Position numbers and translations under genes: made by a program. A model generated the notes under the pieces. That model searched no databases. It had not been told where the DNA came from and was given only the letters and a program-made list of their open reading frames with translations. 64,000 bases of DNA from assembly GCA_944363525.1 (NCBI GenBank), contig CALVUF010000004.1, forward strand, positions 81,139 through 145,138, written 5' to 3'. This stretch comes from an uncultured Bacilli bacterium. Its GTDB lineage: Bacteria; Bacillota_I; Bacilli_A; RFN20; CAG-826. The first letter of the stretch is position 1; each line of letters starts with the position of its first letter. Shown one piece after another: positions 9,773 to 20,471 of the stretch.

Positions 9773-12424
9773 ATGAAAAAATCAGTGTTCTTGATCGCCC
9801 TTCTCGCTGCTAGCATGGGTTTGGCATCCTGCAATAAGGGTGAAAAATCCAGTTCGAGCGGGAATGGGGATTTCACGTTACCTGAAATCACCGGTTCTGC
9901 CCCTTATGATCCCGGCCCCGCCACCGAAGGCGCCGCCACTGGCAATTACGATTATTCCCAAGAGGATTATGAGACTCGGGCCGGTGCCCTTTATGCCCTC
10001 GAGAAGTATGCTTTGGACAACTTCACCGCCGGCATCCCCCTCTATGACGACGCTTCTTATGAGCAATTCTCCGCCCGTATCAAGCTGCCGTCTACCACCT
10101 ACTTAACCAACTACGGCTTCGGCACTGCTTATGGCACCATCGACCCCGATGGCGTCATGTACAACGCGACCATCAACGAGTCGGTCGACGCCTGGAAGAG
10201 CTATTTCCACGGCTATACCACCGTCGACTCCAACACCTTCAACGGCTGGGACTCCAACGGCTCCGACGTCTCCGACCGGATGTCGATGATCGCCTCCGGC
10301 TACTTCGGCGTCCAGGCCAACGCCTCCAACACCGATTACTCCTGGGTCGGCTCCCTCTCGACCACCGACGCCCCCATCATGATCACCGGGCTCAAAGGGT
10401 CGGAAGTCCAAAACCCGGCTGAGGACCAAACCAGCCAGTTCTGGCGGGTCAAGGTCCACTTCGGCGAAGGCTACACCTACCGGACCGCCGACACCTCAAA
10501 ATGGAAATCCAAATACAACGGCCGCCAGGTCGCCCTCGAGGACTACCTGACCCCGTTCAAGGCCATGCTCAACGGCCGGTTGCTCCGCTACGCCGACATG
10601 GTCTCCGACGCCTCGGGCTTCCAGGGCGCCATGGAATACGTCTACAACTCCGAACTCCAGAGCGGGGCTTGGGAGGACAGCGGAGTCGGCATCCAGATCA
10701 ATGAGAAGGAAGGCGCCATCGACTTCGCCTTCATCCAGCCGCAGTCCTCGGCCTATGCCCGGACCGCCCTCTCCTCGATGTTCTATTCCCCGGTCCCCGA
10801 GGAATTCATCACCGATATCGGAGGCGGCAACTTCGCCACCGGCGCCAAGAGGTACGGCATCCGGTCGAGCACCGATAAATACAACTGCTTCGACAACATC
10901 CTCGTCTTCGGCCCCTATATCCCCGAATACTGGGAAGACCAGGTCCGGATCGTCTATAAGGCCAACGACACCTACTTCGAGAAGGATCTCTATCACTACG
11001 ACGGCTACACCGAGGACATCTTCACCGGCTCCGACGCCGACACCCTCGCCTACAACGCCTTCTTGAACAACCAGCTCGACGAGGTCTCGATCCCGGTCGA
11101 CGAGCTGACCGCTCACCGGAACGACAAGAACGTCCTCCGGACCGAAGGCTCGACCATCATCAAACTCAACATCAACTCGACCACCAACGAGCAGTGGGAG
11201 GCCTTCTTCGGCGAATCCGGCTCGGTCACGACCACCGCGAAGAACAACTATTGGGACGTCAAGCCCATCATGAGCAACCAGTATTTCCTCGAAGGGTTCT
11301 ACTATGCGATGAACCGTCAGGAACTGGCTGACCTCGCCGGTAAGAACCCGGCGGTCGGCTACCTCTCCAAAGCCTATATGATCGACCCGGCCGGCAAAGA
11401 GTCCTACCGCGATTCAATCTATGGCAAATCCGCCGTTTGGTACCGGCAGCAAACCGCCGGCAATGAGCAGGCCTATTCCCGCTCGATCGCCGAAGCTTAC
11501 TTCGACGCCGCCGGCACCCAACTACTGGCCGAAGGCAGCTACCGGAACGGCGACACCATCGAGATCACCGGCTACTTCCGTTACCAGACCACCATCGACA
11601 ACCTCGGCTCCTACATCAGGTCATATCTCCAGGATGCCTGGAACGCCGTCAACGTCAATAAAAATGGCAAAAACTTGGCCCTTAAGGTCAACCTCCTCGT
11701 CGGCGGCACGACCTACAACGACACCTATACCCGGATGGACGAAGGCCAATTCGACTTCGCCGAAGGGGCGATCTCGGGCAATGTCTTGAACCCGCTCGAC
11801 TTCATGAACACCTGTTCCTCGACCGTCGCCCTCAACCAAGGCTTCAACCTGAACTGGGGCGATCCGACCAATGAAGTCAACGCGACCAAGCCGGTCGTCT
11901 TCGACGGCAAGATCTGGTCCTACGATGCCCTTTGGTCCGCCACCCAAGGTTGGACCATGGTCAACGAAGGCGTCACCTCGCCGGTCGCCGATAACCAGAC
12001 GATGTCGCTTGATTCGGCCAACAACCGGATCCACTGGCAGGCGACCTTCCCGGCCACTGCGACCGATGATCTAGGCAATTCGATCCTCGACTTCGAAATT
12101 CGTGACCTCGCCATCATGGGCGGCTCGACCGCGACTCCGACCAGTGGCTACTACCTCAATGACAAGTCGGCTTATTCGATCGAAACCGACCGCAACGGTT
12201 ACATCAACGTCTACGTCGATCTCGATGAGGTTAAGAGTTTGATCAACCAGTTACGAGCAAATGGGAACGTCAATTACTTCTCGCTCTACTTCTCCCTCGT
12301 CTACACCGTTGACCTCTCGAAGGTTACCTCCGATAACCTCGATGGGCAGACCGGGTCTAACTCCAAAATCACCAAATCGGTCCTCGTCGACTCGGTCGGC
12401 CGGTGCTCCGATTACGGCATCTAA
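9773..12424 (+). CDS. oligopeptide ABC transporter substrate-binding lipoprotein (Mollicutes-type large OppA-like)
   Basis: MKKSVFLIALLAASMGLASC lipobox. 883 aa. Immediately upstream of oppBCDF. GGAAGG SD. Confidence 0.6.
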   Translation: MKKSVFLIALLAASMGLASCNKGEKSSSSGNGDFTLPEITGSAPYDPGPATEGAATGNYDYSQEDYETRAGALYALEKYALDNFTAGIPLYDDASYEQFSARIKLPSTTYLTNYGFGTAYGTIDPDGVMYNATINESVDAWKSYFHGYTTVDSNTFNGWDSNGSDVSDRMSMIASGYFGVQANASNTDYSWVGSLSTTDAPIMITGLKGSEVQNPAEDQTSQFWRVKVHFGEGYTYRTADTSKWKSKYNGRQVALEDYLTPFKAMLNGRLLRYADMVSDASGFQGAMEYVYNSELQSGAWEDSGVGIQINEKEGAIDFAFIQPQSSAYARTALSSMFYSPVPEEFITDIGGGNFATGAKRYGIRSSTDKYNCFDNILVFGPYIPEYWEDQVRIVYKANDTYFEKDLYHYDGYTEDIFTGSDADTLAYNAFLNNQLDEVSIPVDELTAHRNDKNVLRTEGSTIIKLNINSTTNEQWEAFFGESGSVTTTAKNNYWDVKPIMSNQYFLEGFYYAMNRQELADLAGKNPAVGYLSKAYMIDPAGKESYRDSIYGKSAVWYRQQTAGNEQAYSRSIAEAYFDAAGTQLLAEGSYRNGDTIEITGYFRYQTTIDNLGSYIRSYLQDAWNAVNVNKNGKNLALKVNLLVGGTTYNDTYTRMDEGQFDFAEGAISGNVLNPLDFMNTCSSTVALNQGFNLNWGDPTNEVNATKPVVFDGKIWSYDALWSATQGWTMVNEGVTSPVADNQTMSLDSANNRIHWQATFPATATDDLGNSILDFEIRDLAIMGGSTATPTSGYYLNDKSAYSIETDRNGYINVYVDLDEVKSLINQLRANGNVNYFSLYFSLVYTVDLSKVTSDNLDGQTGSNSKITKSVLVDSVGRCSDYGI

Positions 12425-12452
12425 TATTCACTAGCGAAGAACCGTCTCTTCC

Positions 12453-12485
12453 AGAGCCGCTTCCCGCGTAGGCGGGGGCGGCTCT
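12453..12485 (+). terminator. GC-rich hairpin (partial terminator/attenuator) between oppA-like and oppB
   Basis: AGAGCCGCTTCCCGC-GTA-GGCGGGGGCGGCTCT followed by a weak CTTCTTGCTT tract. Confidence 0.4.
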
Positions 12486-12556
12486 CTTCTTGCTTAGATT
12501 CACTTTCGGGGTTATGGTTACCCCGGCAATATAAATAAGGAAAGAAAGAGAGAATA

Positions 12557-13624
12557 ATGAAAGACAGTACCAAATACGTGATAGAGAGAATCCTGTTCAT
12601 TTTATTGACAGCTTTCATTGTTCTCTCTGTCACCTACATCCTCTTGCAGTGCATGCCACTGGAGCCGAATGCTACCAACTTCACCGAGGAATTCCGCTTC
12701 TGGCAGCAGCAGGTGACCCTCGGTTTCTATTACGAAATCGACACCAGCACCCCGGAAGGGCTGGAGGCCATCGCCAACCACGAATACGAGCAGATGGTCA
12801 CCATCAACTCGCAGAATTACTATTTTGCGCCTTACCCGATCCTCGTCCGTTACTGGAAATGGCTTGTTAACGTCGTCACTAAGTGGGATTGGGGCCGCTC
12901 GACCTCGGTCGCTCTCAACCAAAGCGCCATCTCGATCATCGTCATGCGGCTTCCGGCTTCGATGAAGCTCAACATCATCTCGATCATCATCTCGGTGCCT
13001 TTGGGCTTAGGCTTAGGCATCTGGGCCGCCTTAAAGAAGAACACCTGGATCGATTCGCTTATCTCGACCATCATCATGATCTTCATCTCGGTCCCGTCCT
13101 TCGTCCTTATCTCTTTCTTATTGTTGGGATTTGGGAAAATACCGGGCTTCCCAATCCGCTGGCCGAGCCAAGCTAACGCGGCGGCCGATCCTTTGTTAGC
13201 CTTTGAGGCGTACATCATCCCTGTTTTGTCTTTATCTTTCGGTTCAATTTGCTCGTTTGCCCGTTATACCCGGGCCGAGCTTTGTGAGGTTATGTCAAGC
13301 GAGTTCTTGCTCCTTGCTCGGACTAAAGGCTTAACTAAAGGCCAGTCGGTCGTTCGGCATGCCCTCCGGAACTCGCTTGTTCCAATCGTCCCGATGATCA
13401 TCTCGCAATTCATCTCGATCCTTTCCGGCTCGATGGTCTTGGAGCAGATCTATGGCATTCCCGGCATTGGCTCCTTGTTCGTCACCGCCTTAACCGGCAA
13501 GGATTATCCGGTCATTATGGTCGATATGGCCATTTACACCTTAATAGGCTTATTCGCCACCTTAATCGTCGACTTGAGCTATAGCATCGTCGACCCGCGT
13601 ATTAGAATGGGGGCTAAGAAGTAA
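12557..13624 (+). CDS. oppB: oligopeptide ABC transporter permease OppB
   Basis: Six TM helices. EAA-loop region ARTKGLTKGQSVVRHALRNSLVPIVP is typical of OppB/DppB. Confidence 0.85.
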   Translation: MKDSTKYVIERILFILLTAFIVLSVTYILLQCMPLEPNATNFTEEFRFWQQQVTLGFYYEIDTSTPEGLEAIANHEYEQMVTINSQNYYFAPYPILVRYWKWLVNVVTKWDWGRSTSVALNQSAISIIVMRLPASMKLNIISIIISVPLGLGLGIWAALKKNTWIDSLISTIIMIFISVPSFVLISFLLLGFGKIPGFPIRWPSQANAAADPLLAFEAYIIPVLSLSFGSICSFARYTRAELCEVMSSEFLLLARTKGLTKGQSVVRHALRNSLVPIVPMIISQFISILSGSMVLEQIYGIPGIGSLFVTALTGKDYPVIMVDMAIYTLIGLFATLIVDLSYSIVDPRIRMGAKK

Positions 13625-13626
13625 CG

Positions 13627-15816
13627 ATGGAAAACGAAAAGAAAAATACCGATTTCGAATCGGCACAAGACTTCGAGTTCGTCCAGCAAGACGCCTCGAT
13701 TCACGATCAAAAGTTTGAGACCAAGCCGACCACCTATTTCAAAGACGCGATGAAGCGGTTCGTCAAGAACCGTTCCTCGGTCGTGGCCGGCTGCATTCTC
13801 TTCGTCCTTATCGCCATGGCTATCATCGTCCCGGTGGCCAATAAAAACGACATCGACAACCCGGTCGCGGCGGCCCGTTATCTGCCCCCGAAGTGGTTTG
13901 ATGGCGATACCGGTGGCTTCATGGACGGGACTGGTTACGTTGAGAAAGCCATCCTTGATCCCAGCACCAATAATTTGCCGTCTGGCTCGTTCTATAAATC
14001 CTATGCTGTCATCGGCGACATCGAATCGACCCAATCGTATTCTGATACTTGGGACGAATCGGTCCGGAATTACGGCAAGAATGGGGCAATCCGGCTTGGC
14101 AACGGCTCCAGCGAGAACGAAGTCGGTATCTTCGAGTCGGAAGAATCTGGCCTTCTTTCCCCGGTTGTCCAGTTGGCTTTAGCCGACTCTTCGGTCAGTT
14201 ATGAAGTAACCTTCTATCCCGAATCCTATGCCGACAATCATGTCGAAGGGACGGAGATCGCCTCCTATATCGGCTGGGTTTTCGAAGCTTCTGAGGAGAC
14301 TCCGGACGAAACCGAGGCTTTAGCCGAGGAATCGACCGATACTCCGAGCGAAGACACCCCAGAGGAAGGCGGGGAGGAAATCCCCGAAGATCCCGCGGAA
14401 GAGCTGACCATCGTTCCATTGATGGACCCCCTATCCTTAACCGATGAAACCACCTCGATGGAAGTCGAGAATGTCGTCGGTATCCTCCAAGAAGGCGGCT
14501 ATCTCGATGGGGCGTCCGAACAGGTTTCCGGCCGGTTCGCCATCGTCTACGATGCTCCCGTCGATGCGGCGGCTTCGGCCAATTCGCTTTATATCCAGTC
14601 AGTTCAGGCGAGGGGGACTACCTCTAGTGTTGGCGCCGCTTCCTTCTCCAACGCCACCCAAGCTTATGCTTCTCTAAATGCTGGTGGCTATTCCCGCTTA
14701 AACGAGATCTCCTCGACCGGCATATACCATTCTGAGGTTACCTATGGTGCTTTCCGTTATGACTATTACGAAGCGGCCTTCGGTGACGTAGCGGGGCAAG
14801 AGTTTACTAAAAACGACATCGATACTTATGTTAGCCATGGCTGGATTGAATCCCTTTCCTGCAGGGGTAGGGTCGGCGGGGAAATCGCCCTCTTTAGCCT
14901 CTCAAACGGCGACACCGCCATCGATTGGAGCAAAGCTCCGATGACTTCCACCTCGGTCACTTTGGTTTTGACTGCGGAAGGCGATACCTATTGCCCATTA
15001 CGGTCGATTCAGACTTTACGGGCGATCAATTTGGGCGGTGATGTCGGAACCTCGGTTTCCGTCTATGGGACCCAATCCCTTTACCGTCTGCTTTATGAGC
15101 AGGATAAGATCGGCTCCTGTAAGATGCCGAAATACTTCTTCGGGACCGATCGGAACGGGAAAGACTTCTTCAAGTTGGTCTTTTCCGGCTTACTTACTTC
15201 CCTTGGCTTAGGGTTATTGAGCTCGGCCATCAACATCGTCATCGGGCTTATCTGGGGTGCCATCTCCGGTTACTTTGGCGGCTGGGTTGATATGCTGATG
15301 GAGCGGTTCTGCGAGATCCTCGGCGGTATGCCATTCATCGTCATGATGACCCTGATCGTCTTGCTGCTAGGATCGAACTTCTGGACCTTCCTCTTGGCCC
15401 TTTGCCTTACTGGCTGGATGGGGGTCGCGGCCGAGACCAGGCGACAGTTCTATCGCTATAAACGAAGGGAATATGTCTTGGCCTCAAGGACTTTAGGCGC
15501 GAGCGACACCCGGCTTATCTTCAAGCACATCCTGCCCAACGGCATCGGTCCGATCATCACCGGCGCCATCCTCATGATCCCCTCGGTCATCTTCACCGAA
15601 GCCAATATCTCCTACTTATTGCCTTCGGCCTTGGCCTTCTCGGGATCGCAATCGTTCGGTATCACCTTGTCTAATGTCCAAGGCGACTTGCAGAACTACC
15701 CCTACCTAATCGTCAGTGCCTCCATCGTCATGGCTTTGATCATGATTTGTTTCAACCTGTTCGGCAATGGCTTGCGCGACGCCTTCAACCCGGCTTTGAA
15801 AGGAGCGGATGAGTGA
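13627..15816 (+). CDS. oppC: oligopeptide ABC transporter permease OppC with ~430-aa extracytoplasmic insertion
   Basis: C-terminal RTLGASDTRLIFKHILPNGIGPIITG permease signature. 729 aa, versus ~300 aa for a usual OppC. Confidence 0.85.
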   Translation: MENEKKNTDFESAQDFEFVQQDASIHDQKFETKPTTYFKDAMKRFVKNRSSVVAGCILFVLIAMAIIVPVANKNDIDNPVAAARYLPPKWFDGDTGGFMDGTGYVEKAILDPSTNNLPSGSFYKSYAVIGDIESTQSYSDTWDESVRNYGKNGAIRLGNGSSENEVGIFESEESGLLSPVVQLALADSSVSYEVTFYPESYADNHVEGTEIASYIGWVFEASEETPDETEALAEESTDTPSEDTPEEGGEEIPEDPAEELTIVPLMDPLSLTDETTSMEVENVVGILQEGGYLDGASEQVSGRFAIVYDAPVDAAASANSLYIQSVQARGTTSSVGAASFSNATQAYASLNAGGYSRLNEISSTGIYHSEVTYGAFRYDYYEAAFGDVAGQEFTKNDIDTYVSHGWIESLSCRGRVGGEIALFSLSNGDTAIDWSKAPMTSTSVTLVLTAEGDTYCPLRSIQTLRAINLGGDVGTSVSVYGTQSLYRLLYEQDKIGSCKMPKYFFGTDRNGKDFFKLVFSGLLTSLGLGLLSSAINIVIGLIWGAISGYFGGWVDMLMERFCEILGGMPFIVMMTLIVLLLGSNFWTFLLALCLTGWMGVAAETRRQFYRYKRREYVLASRTLGASDTRLIFKHILPNGIGPIITGAILMIPSVIFTEANISYLLPSALAFSGSQSFGITLSNVQGDLQNYPYLIVSASIVMALIMICFNLFGNGLRDAFNPALKGADE

Positions 15817-17741
15817 TTATGAACAAATACAAAACCATCGATTACCCCGCTTCGGTCGGGGAGCAGGAAAAGGGCAAGGAACCGGTCCTTTCGGTCCGGA
15901 ACCTCGCCATCTCCTTCAAAACCGACGAGGGGATGGTCAAAGCCGTCCGCGGCGTCTCCTTTGACTTATACAAAGAGGAGACCCTTTGCATCGTCGGCGA
16001 ATCCGGCTCCGGCAAATCGGTCACCAATAAGACCATCATGGGCATCCTCCCCAAAAGTGCCCGCATCGAATCGGGCTCGATCGTTTATGAAGGCGAGGAT
16101 TTGACCCAAGTCTCCGAGGATGAGTTCCATAATATTCGCGGCACCAAGATCGGCATGATCTTCCAAGACCCCTTATCGTCTTTGAACCCGATCATGCGGA
16201 TCGGTAAGCAGATCACCGAGGTCATGCTCATCAATGGGCATCACCTGAAGAATCTTTTCAAGGACATCGTCAACGACTCCTTCATCAAGTTGAAAAACGA
16301 TGAACGGCTTCTTCAATTAGCCGAAAGCGACCTGAAGCACGCCTTAGCCGATATCAAAGCCGCGATCGCCAAGGAGAAAGCAGACGCCAAAGTCGAGGAA
16401 CGGACTCCGAACCTCGAGCCGTTAATGGCCAAGCAATCCGATGCCAAGGCCGTCTTCCAAGCCAAGAAAGCCGATCTAAAGGCCATCATCGCGGAAGACA
16501 GAGCCGCCTATTCGGCGAAAAAGAAGGAGGCAAAGCAGGCGGTGCGCGAGAAGCGCTCGGCCTTGCGGAAAGAGCATTGGGAAAAGCTCCGCCCGATCTA
16601 TAAGTCCTTCTTCGATAAGACCCCGTCGAACGAAGCCAAGGCCAAGATCGCCGAGGCGAAGAAGAAATACGAGGCGGCCATGGCCTTGCCGGAGAACAAT
16701 CCGAGCGAGGACGAATTGATCGACCTCTATGCCTCGATTGTCAACCCGAAGGAGAAGGCGGTCGCCGAGTTAAAGCAGAAGTTGGAATCGCTTTCTTCGA
16801 ACAAGAACACCGATCAGGGTTTAGTTGCCTATAACGAATGCCGGTTGGCGCTTCGTGATGCCAAAAAAGCGGCCGCTTTGGCGAAGAAAGAAGCCAAGAA
16901 AGCGGTCCATGAGAAGAAATACGGGGCTCGCGATGCCTACCTGGCTGAAGTCCGTCCCCTTTATAAGGCTTTGTTGACCTTCCCGGCCTTCAAGAAAGCC
17001 TATGACGGCTTCCTTATTGAGCATCGTCGTTACCTTTCTTGCCTCCGGGTTACCCATAAGGAAGCCAAGGAACGAGCCCTCAAGATCATGGCCGAAGTCG
17101 GCATCCCTCAACCGGAACGCCGGTTCTACCAATATCCCTTTGAGTTCTCCGGCGGCATGCGGCAACGGATCGTCATCGCCATCGCCTTGACCGCCCATCC
17201 GGATATCCTGATCTGCGATGAGCCGACAACCGCCCTCGACGTCACCATCCAGGCCCAGATCCTTGAGCTTATCAATGAATTGAAGGCCAAGCACCATATG
17301 TCGGTCATCTTCATTACCCACGACCTTGGGGTCGTGGCTAATATGGCCGATCGGGTCGCGGTTATGTATGCTGGCAAGATCGTCGAATATGGGAAAGCCG
17401 ACGAAGTGTTCTATTCGCCCGCCCACCCCTATACCTGGGCTTTGCTTTCCTCCATCCCCGACGTCGATTCGAAGGAGAAGCTCGAAGCGATCCCCGGCAC
17501 CCCGCCGAATATGCTCTTCCCGCCGAAAGGCGACGCCTTTGCGGCAAGAAGCAAATACGCCCTCGGCATCGACTTCAAGGAAGAGCCGCCGATGTTCGAA
17601 CTTTCGCCCACCCATTACGCCGCCACTTGGCTATTGGATGAACGGGCCCCGGAATACAAGATGCCCTCGATCGTCGCCACCCGAATCAAGAACTCCTTGA
17701 AACGGGCCAAGAAGCAAACCGGAGGTAAGAAAGATGAATGA
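15813..17741 (+). CDS. oppD: oligopeptide ABC transporter ATP-binding protein OppD with ~290-aa K/A/E-rich insertion
   Basis: Walker A GESGSGKS, signature FSGGMRQR, Walker B ILICDEPTTALDV. Coiled-coil insert lies between Walker A and the signature. Confidence 0.85.
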   Translation: MIMNKYKTIDYPASVGEQEKGKEPVLSVRNLAISFKTDEGMVKAVRGVSFDLYKEETLCIVGESGSGKSVTNKTIMGILPKSARIESGSIVYEGEDLTQVSEDEFHNIRGTKIGMIFQDPLSSLNPIMRIGKQITEVMLINGHHLKNLFKDIVNDSFIKLKNDERLLQLAESDLKHALADIKAAIAKEKADAKVEERTPNLEPLMAKQSDAKAVFQAKKADLKAIIAEDRAAYSAKKKEAKQAVREKRSALRKEHWEKLRPIYKSFFDKTPSNEAKAKIAEAKKKYEAAMALPENNPSEDELIDLYASIVNPKEKAVAELKQKLESLSSNKNTDQGLVAYNECRLALRDAKKAAALAKKEAKKAVHEKKYGARDAYLAEVRPLYKALLTFPAFKKAYDGFLIEHRRYLSCLRVTHKEAKERALKIMAEVGIPQPERRFYQYPFEFSGGMRQRIVIAIALTAHPDILICDEPTTALDVTIQAQILELINELKAKHHMSVIFITHDLGVVANMADRVAVMYAGKIVEYGKADEVFYSPAHPYTWALLSSIPDVDSKEKLEAIPGTPPNMLFPPKGDAFAARSKYALGIDFKEEPPMFELSPTHYAATWLLDERAPEYKMPSIVATRIKNSLKRAKKQTGGKKDE

Positions 17742-19128
17742 GGAAAAACGTCTCCAACTGAACTCCGAGAAAGCGGAACGGAAAGAAAAAGTCGCCGAGG
17801 CCAAAGCGGCCTTAAAGGACTTTAAGACCAAATATAAAGGCGTCGAGTTAGATGAAGCCCTCCGGGAGGAGCGGCTCGCCCTCGAAGCTAATCTTCGCGA
17901 TGCCAAGCGGGCCCTCTCGCTTGTTGGAGTCACCTATGATCCTTCCTTGAAAGAGGAGAACGTCATCTTAGACGTCCGCCACTTAAAGGAATTCTTCAAA
18001 TCTGGCGAATACAAGACCAAAGCCGTCCATGACATCTCCTTCAAAATCCATGAAGGCGAATGCTTCGGCTTAGTCGGGGAGTCGGGCTGCGGCAAGACCA
18101 CGACCGGCCGCTGCATCATCGGCCTTTATCCCATCACCTCCGGCTCGATCTATTACAAAGGGTATCGGATCGCTGCTGGGAGCCGTTGGAACGAGAAGGA
18201 AATCAAGTGGACCCGGATCAGGGACAATTCCAAGATCAAGGTCTTAAAACGCGAGCTCCGCGATAAGCTTTCGGAAGCGGCCTCCGAGGATGAAAAGGAA
18301 TCTTTGCGGGCCGAATATGCGGCGAAAATCAACGAGATCAAAGCCCATACTCAATCGATTGTTTCGGTTCAGAAAGAGAAGATCGCCCAGATCCATTATG
18401 ACAACAAGCATTCCTCGAGCAAACTCCGGAATGAGATCCAGATGATCTTCCAAGACCCGATCGACTCCCTCGACCCCCGTATGACGGTCGAGGACATCAT
18501 CGTCGAAGGCCTTCATATCCAGGGCCAATACGATAAGGAGGAGAATCGACGGGCGGTGGAACGGGTCCTCCGCCAAGTCGGCCTCATTCCCGAATACGCT
18601 TCCCGTTATCCCCATGAGTTCTCCGGCGGCCAACGGCAACGGATCGGCATCGCCCGGGCTTTGATCATGAACCCGAAGCTATTGATTTGCGATGAGCCGA
18701 TCTCCGCTCTCGACGTCTCGATCCGGGCTCAGGTCCTTAACCTGCTTAACGAGATCAAGGATTCGATGAAGCTCACGATGCTATTCATCGCTCATGACCT
18801 TTCAGTCGTCAAATACTTCTGCGACCGGATCGGGGTCATGTATTTCGGCGATATGGTTGAGCTTGCCTCCTCGGAAGAATTATTTAGGCACCCGCTTCAC
18901 CCTTATACCAAAGCCTTGCTTTCCGCCATCCCGAAGCCTGATCCATTGTCAGAGAAGAACCGGATTCGGAAAGTGTATAACCCGGCGACGACCCACGATT
19001 ATTCAAAGCAGAAGCCAACCTTCCGGGAACTGATCCCCGGCCACTTCGTCTTATGCAACGACGAAGAGGAGAAGAAGTACTTAGAGGAGATCAAAGCCCT
19101 CGACGAAGGAGAGAAGAGCAATGATTAA
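17734..19128 (+). CDS. oppF: oligopeptide ABC transporter ATP-binding protein OppF (with ~100-aa insertion)
   Basis: GESGCGKTT, FSGGQRQRIGIARAL, LLICDEPISALDVS. Start overlaps the oppD stop. Confidence 0.85.
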   Translation: MNEEKRLQLNSEKAERKEKVAEAKAALKDFKTKYKGVELDEALREERLALEANLRDAKRALSLVGVTYDPSLKEENVILDVRHLKEFFKSGEYKTKAVHDISFKIHEGECFGLVGESGCGKTTTGRCIIGLYPITSGSIYYKGYRIAAGSRWNEKEIKWTRIRDNSKIKVLKRELRDKLSEAASEDEKESLRAEYAAKINEIKAHTQSIVSVQKEKIAQIHYDNKHSSSKLRNEIQMIFQDPIDSLDPRMTVEDIIVEGLHIQGQYDKEENRRAVERVLRQVGLIPEYASRYPHEFSGGQRQRIGIARALIMNPKLLICDEPISALDVSIRAQVLNLLNEIKDSMKLTMLFIAHDLSVVKYFCDRIGVMYFGDMVELASSEELFRHPLHPYTKALLSAIPKPDPLSEKNRIRKVYNPATTHDYSKQKPTFRELIPGHFVLCNDEEEKKYLEEIKALDEGEKSND

Positions 19129-19789
19129 ATGGTTTAAATCCTTAGGGATCTCTTTGTTCAGCTTCCTCGGATTCTTGGTCTTGTTACTGACCATCCCCTT
19201 CTTTGTTTCCCTTTTCGGGGCTTATGCCGATCCAGCTGGCCATAACTACCGGCTTGAATACCTTCCGGAAGGGGAGGCGGTCGACGCCTATCTCCATACC
19301 GGTGAAGCGACCTTATTCTTGACCTTTGGCCTCATCATCGCCGTCTTCTTGGTTTTATTCGTCCTCGATACGTTATTCCGGAAGAAAAGCAGCCACGTGG
19401 GTATCGTTGCCCTTGGCATGATTTGCCTTGCCGCCTTCTGCCTTGGCCGGGCGATCCTTAACTTCAAGCTCGACGAGGCCGTGACCGGGGTTCTGGATAT
19501 CCTCTCGGCCATCGCGATGCTCGTGACCCTCGGTTTCTTCATCAAGAAGAGCCTCGATGGCGATTGCTTGGTCGGTTACTACGTCTCGGTCATCGTCTCT
19601 GGGTTCCTCTTCTATTTCTGCATCATCTCCAATTACAACATCCTCGATTGCTTCTCCCATTCGGGGGACGTCATCTTCTGGTGCGGCTACGCGGTGACCC
19701 GTTATTACCTGTTAACGTTCTTGTTATTGGTTTGGGCCAATCACCATTCCGATTACGAACCCGCCGGCGTGGTCGTCGCCGATATCTGA
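19121..19789 (+). CDS. hypothetical polytopic membrane protein
   Basis: 222 aa with about 6 hydrophobic helices. ATGA overlap with the oppF stop. Confidence 0.5.
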   Translation: MIKWFKSLGISLFSFLGFLVLLLTIPFFVSLFGAYADPAGHNYRLEYLPEGEAVDAYLHTGEATLFLTFGLIIAVFLVLFVLDTLFRKKSSHVGIVALGMICLAAFCLGRAILNFKLDEAVTGVLDILSAIAMLVTLGFFIKKSLDGDCLVGYYVSVIVSGFLFYFCIISNYNILDCFSHSGDVIFWCGYAVTRYYLLTFLLLVWANHHSDYEPAGVVVADI

Positions 19790-19794
19790 TTCTT

Positions 19795-19820
19795 AAGGGG
19801 CTCCGGCCCCTTTTCATTTA
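19795..19820 (+). terminator. rho-independent terminator ending opp operon
   Basis: AAGGGGC-TCCG-GCCCCTT followed by TTCATTTATT. Confidence 0.55.
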
Positions 19821-19822
19821 TT

Positions 19823-20455
19823 ATGAAAGCATTGATATTCGATTTGGATGGGACCCTCTGGGACTCGAGTAAGCCAGTCGCGGAATGTTGGCAGGCGGTG
19901 GGGCAAAAGCTATTAGGCCCAACTTTCCATCTTAGCCAAGCCGAGGCTAGAGCCCAGATGGGGAAGACGATGGATGAGATTGCCGCCTCCTTTGCTCCTA
20001 AATGGTATAGCCCAGAGGAGATAGCTAAGTTAGGTAAGGCCTTCTTTCAGGCGGAGAACACTTATTTAGCCGACCATCCCGGAATATTGTTCCCCGGGGT
20101 CAAAGAGACTTTAGCTGAGTTAAAGGCGCATTATGACCTTTACATAGTCTCTAATTGCCAGGCGGGCTATATCGAGACCTTCTTGCCTTTGGTTCCGCCC
20201 TCTACCTTTAAGGGACATATGTGCTTCGATGACACCAAGAAGGCCAAGTGCTTCACCATCCTTGCCTTGATGGAACGTTATAAGATCAAGGAAGCCCTTT
20301 ATATCGGGGATACTTCTCGCGATGAAGAGGCCTCTATGGGCGCCGGGATCGGCTTCATCCATGCCGCCTATGGGTTTGGGGCGGCGAAAAACCCGCGGGG
20401 GAAGTTATCCCAATTTGCCGAGTTGCCGAATCTTCTCTTGAGTCTTGGCTTTTAG
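19823..20455 (+). CDS. HAD-superfamily hydrolase (phosphatase, subfamily IA-like)
   Basis: N-terminal FDLDGTLWDS (DxDGT) motif. C-terminal GDTSRDEEASMGAGIGF. Confidence 0.75.
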   Translation: MKALIFDLDGTLWDSSKPVAECWQAVGQKLLGPTFHLSQAEARAQMGKTMDEIAASFAPKWYSPEEIAKLGKAFFQAENTYLADHPGILFPGVKETLAELKAHYDLYIVSNCQAGYIETFLPLVPPSTFKGHMCFDDTKKAKCFTILALMERYKIKEALYIGDTSRDEEASMGAGIGFIHAAYGFGAAKNPRGKLSQFAELPNLLLSLGF

Positions 20456-20471
20456 GCTTTAAGATAAACCT

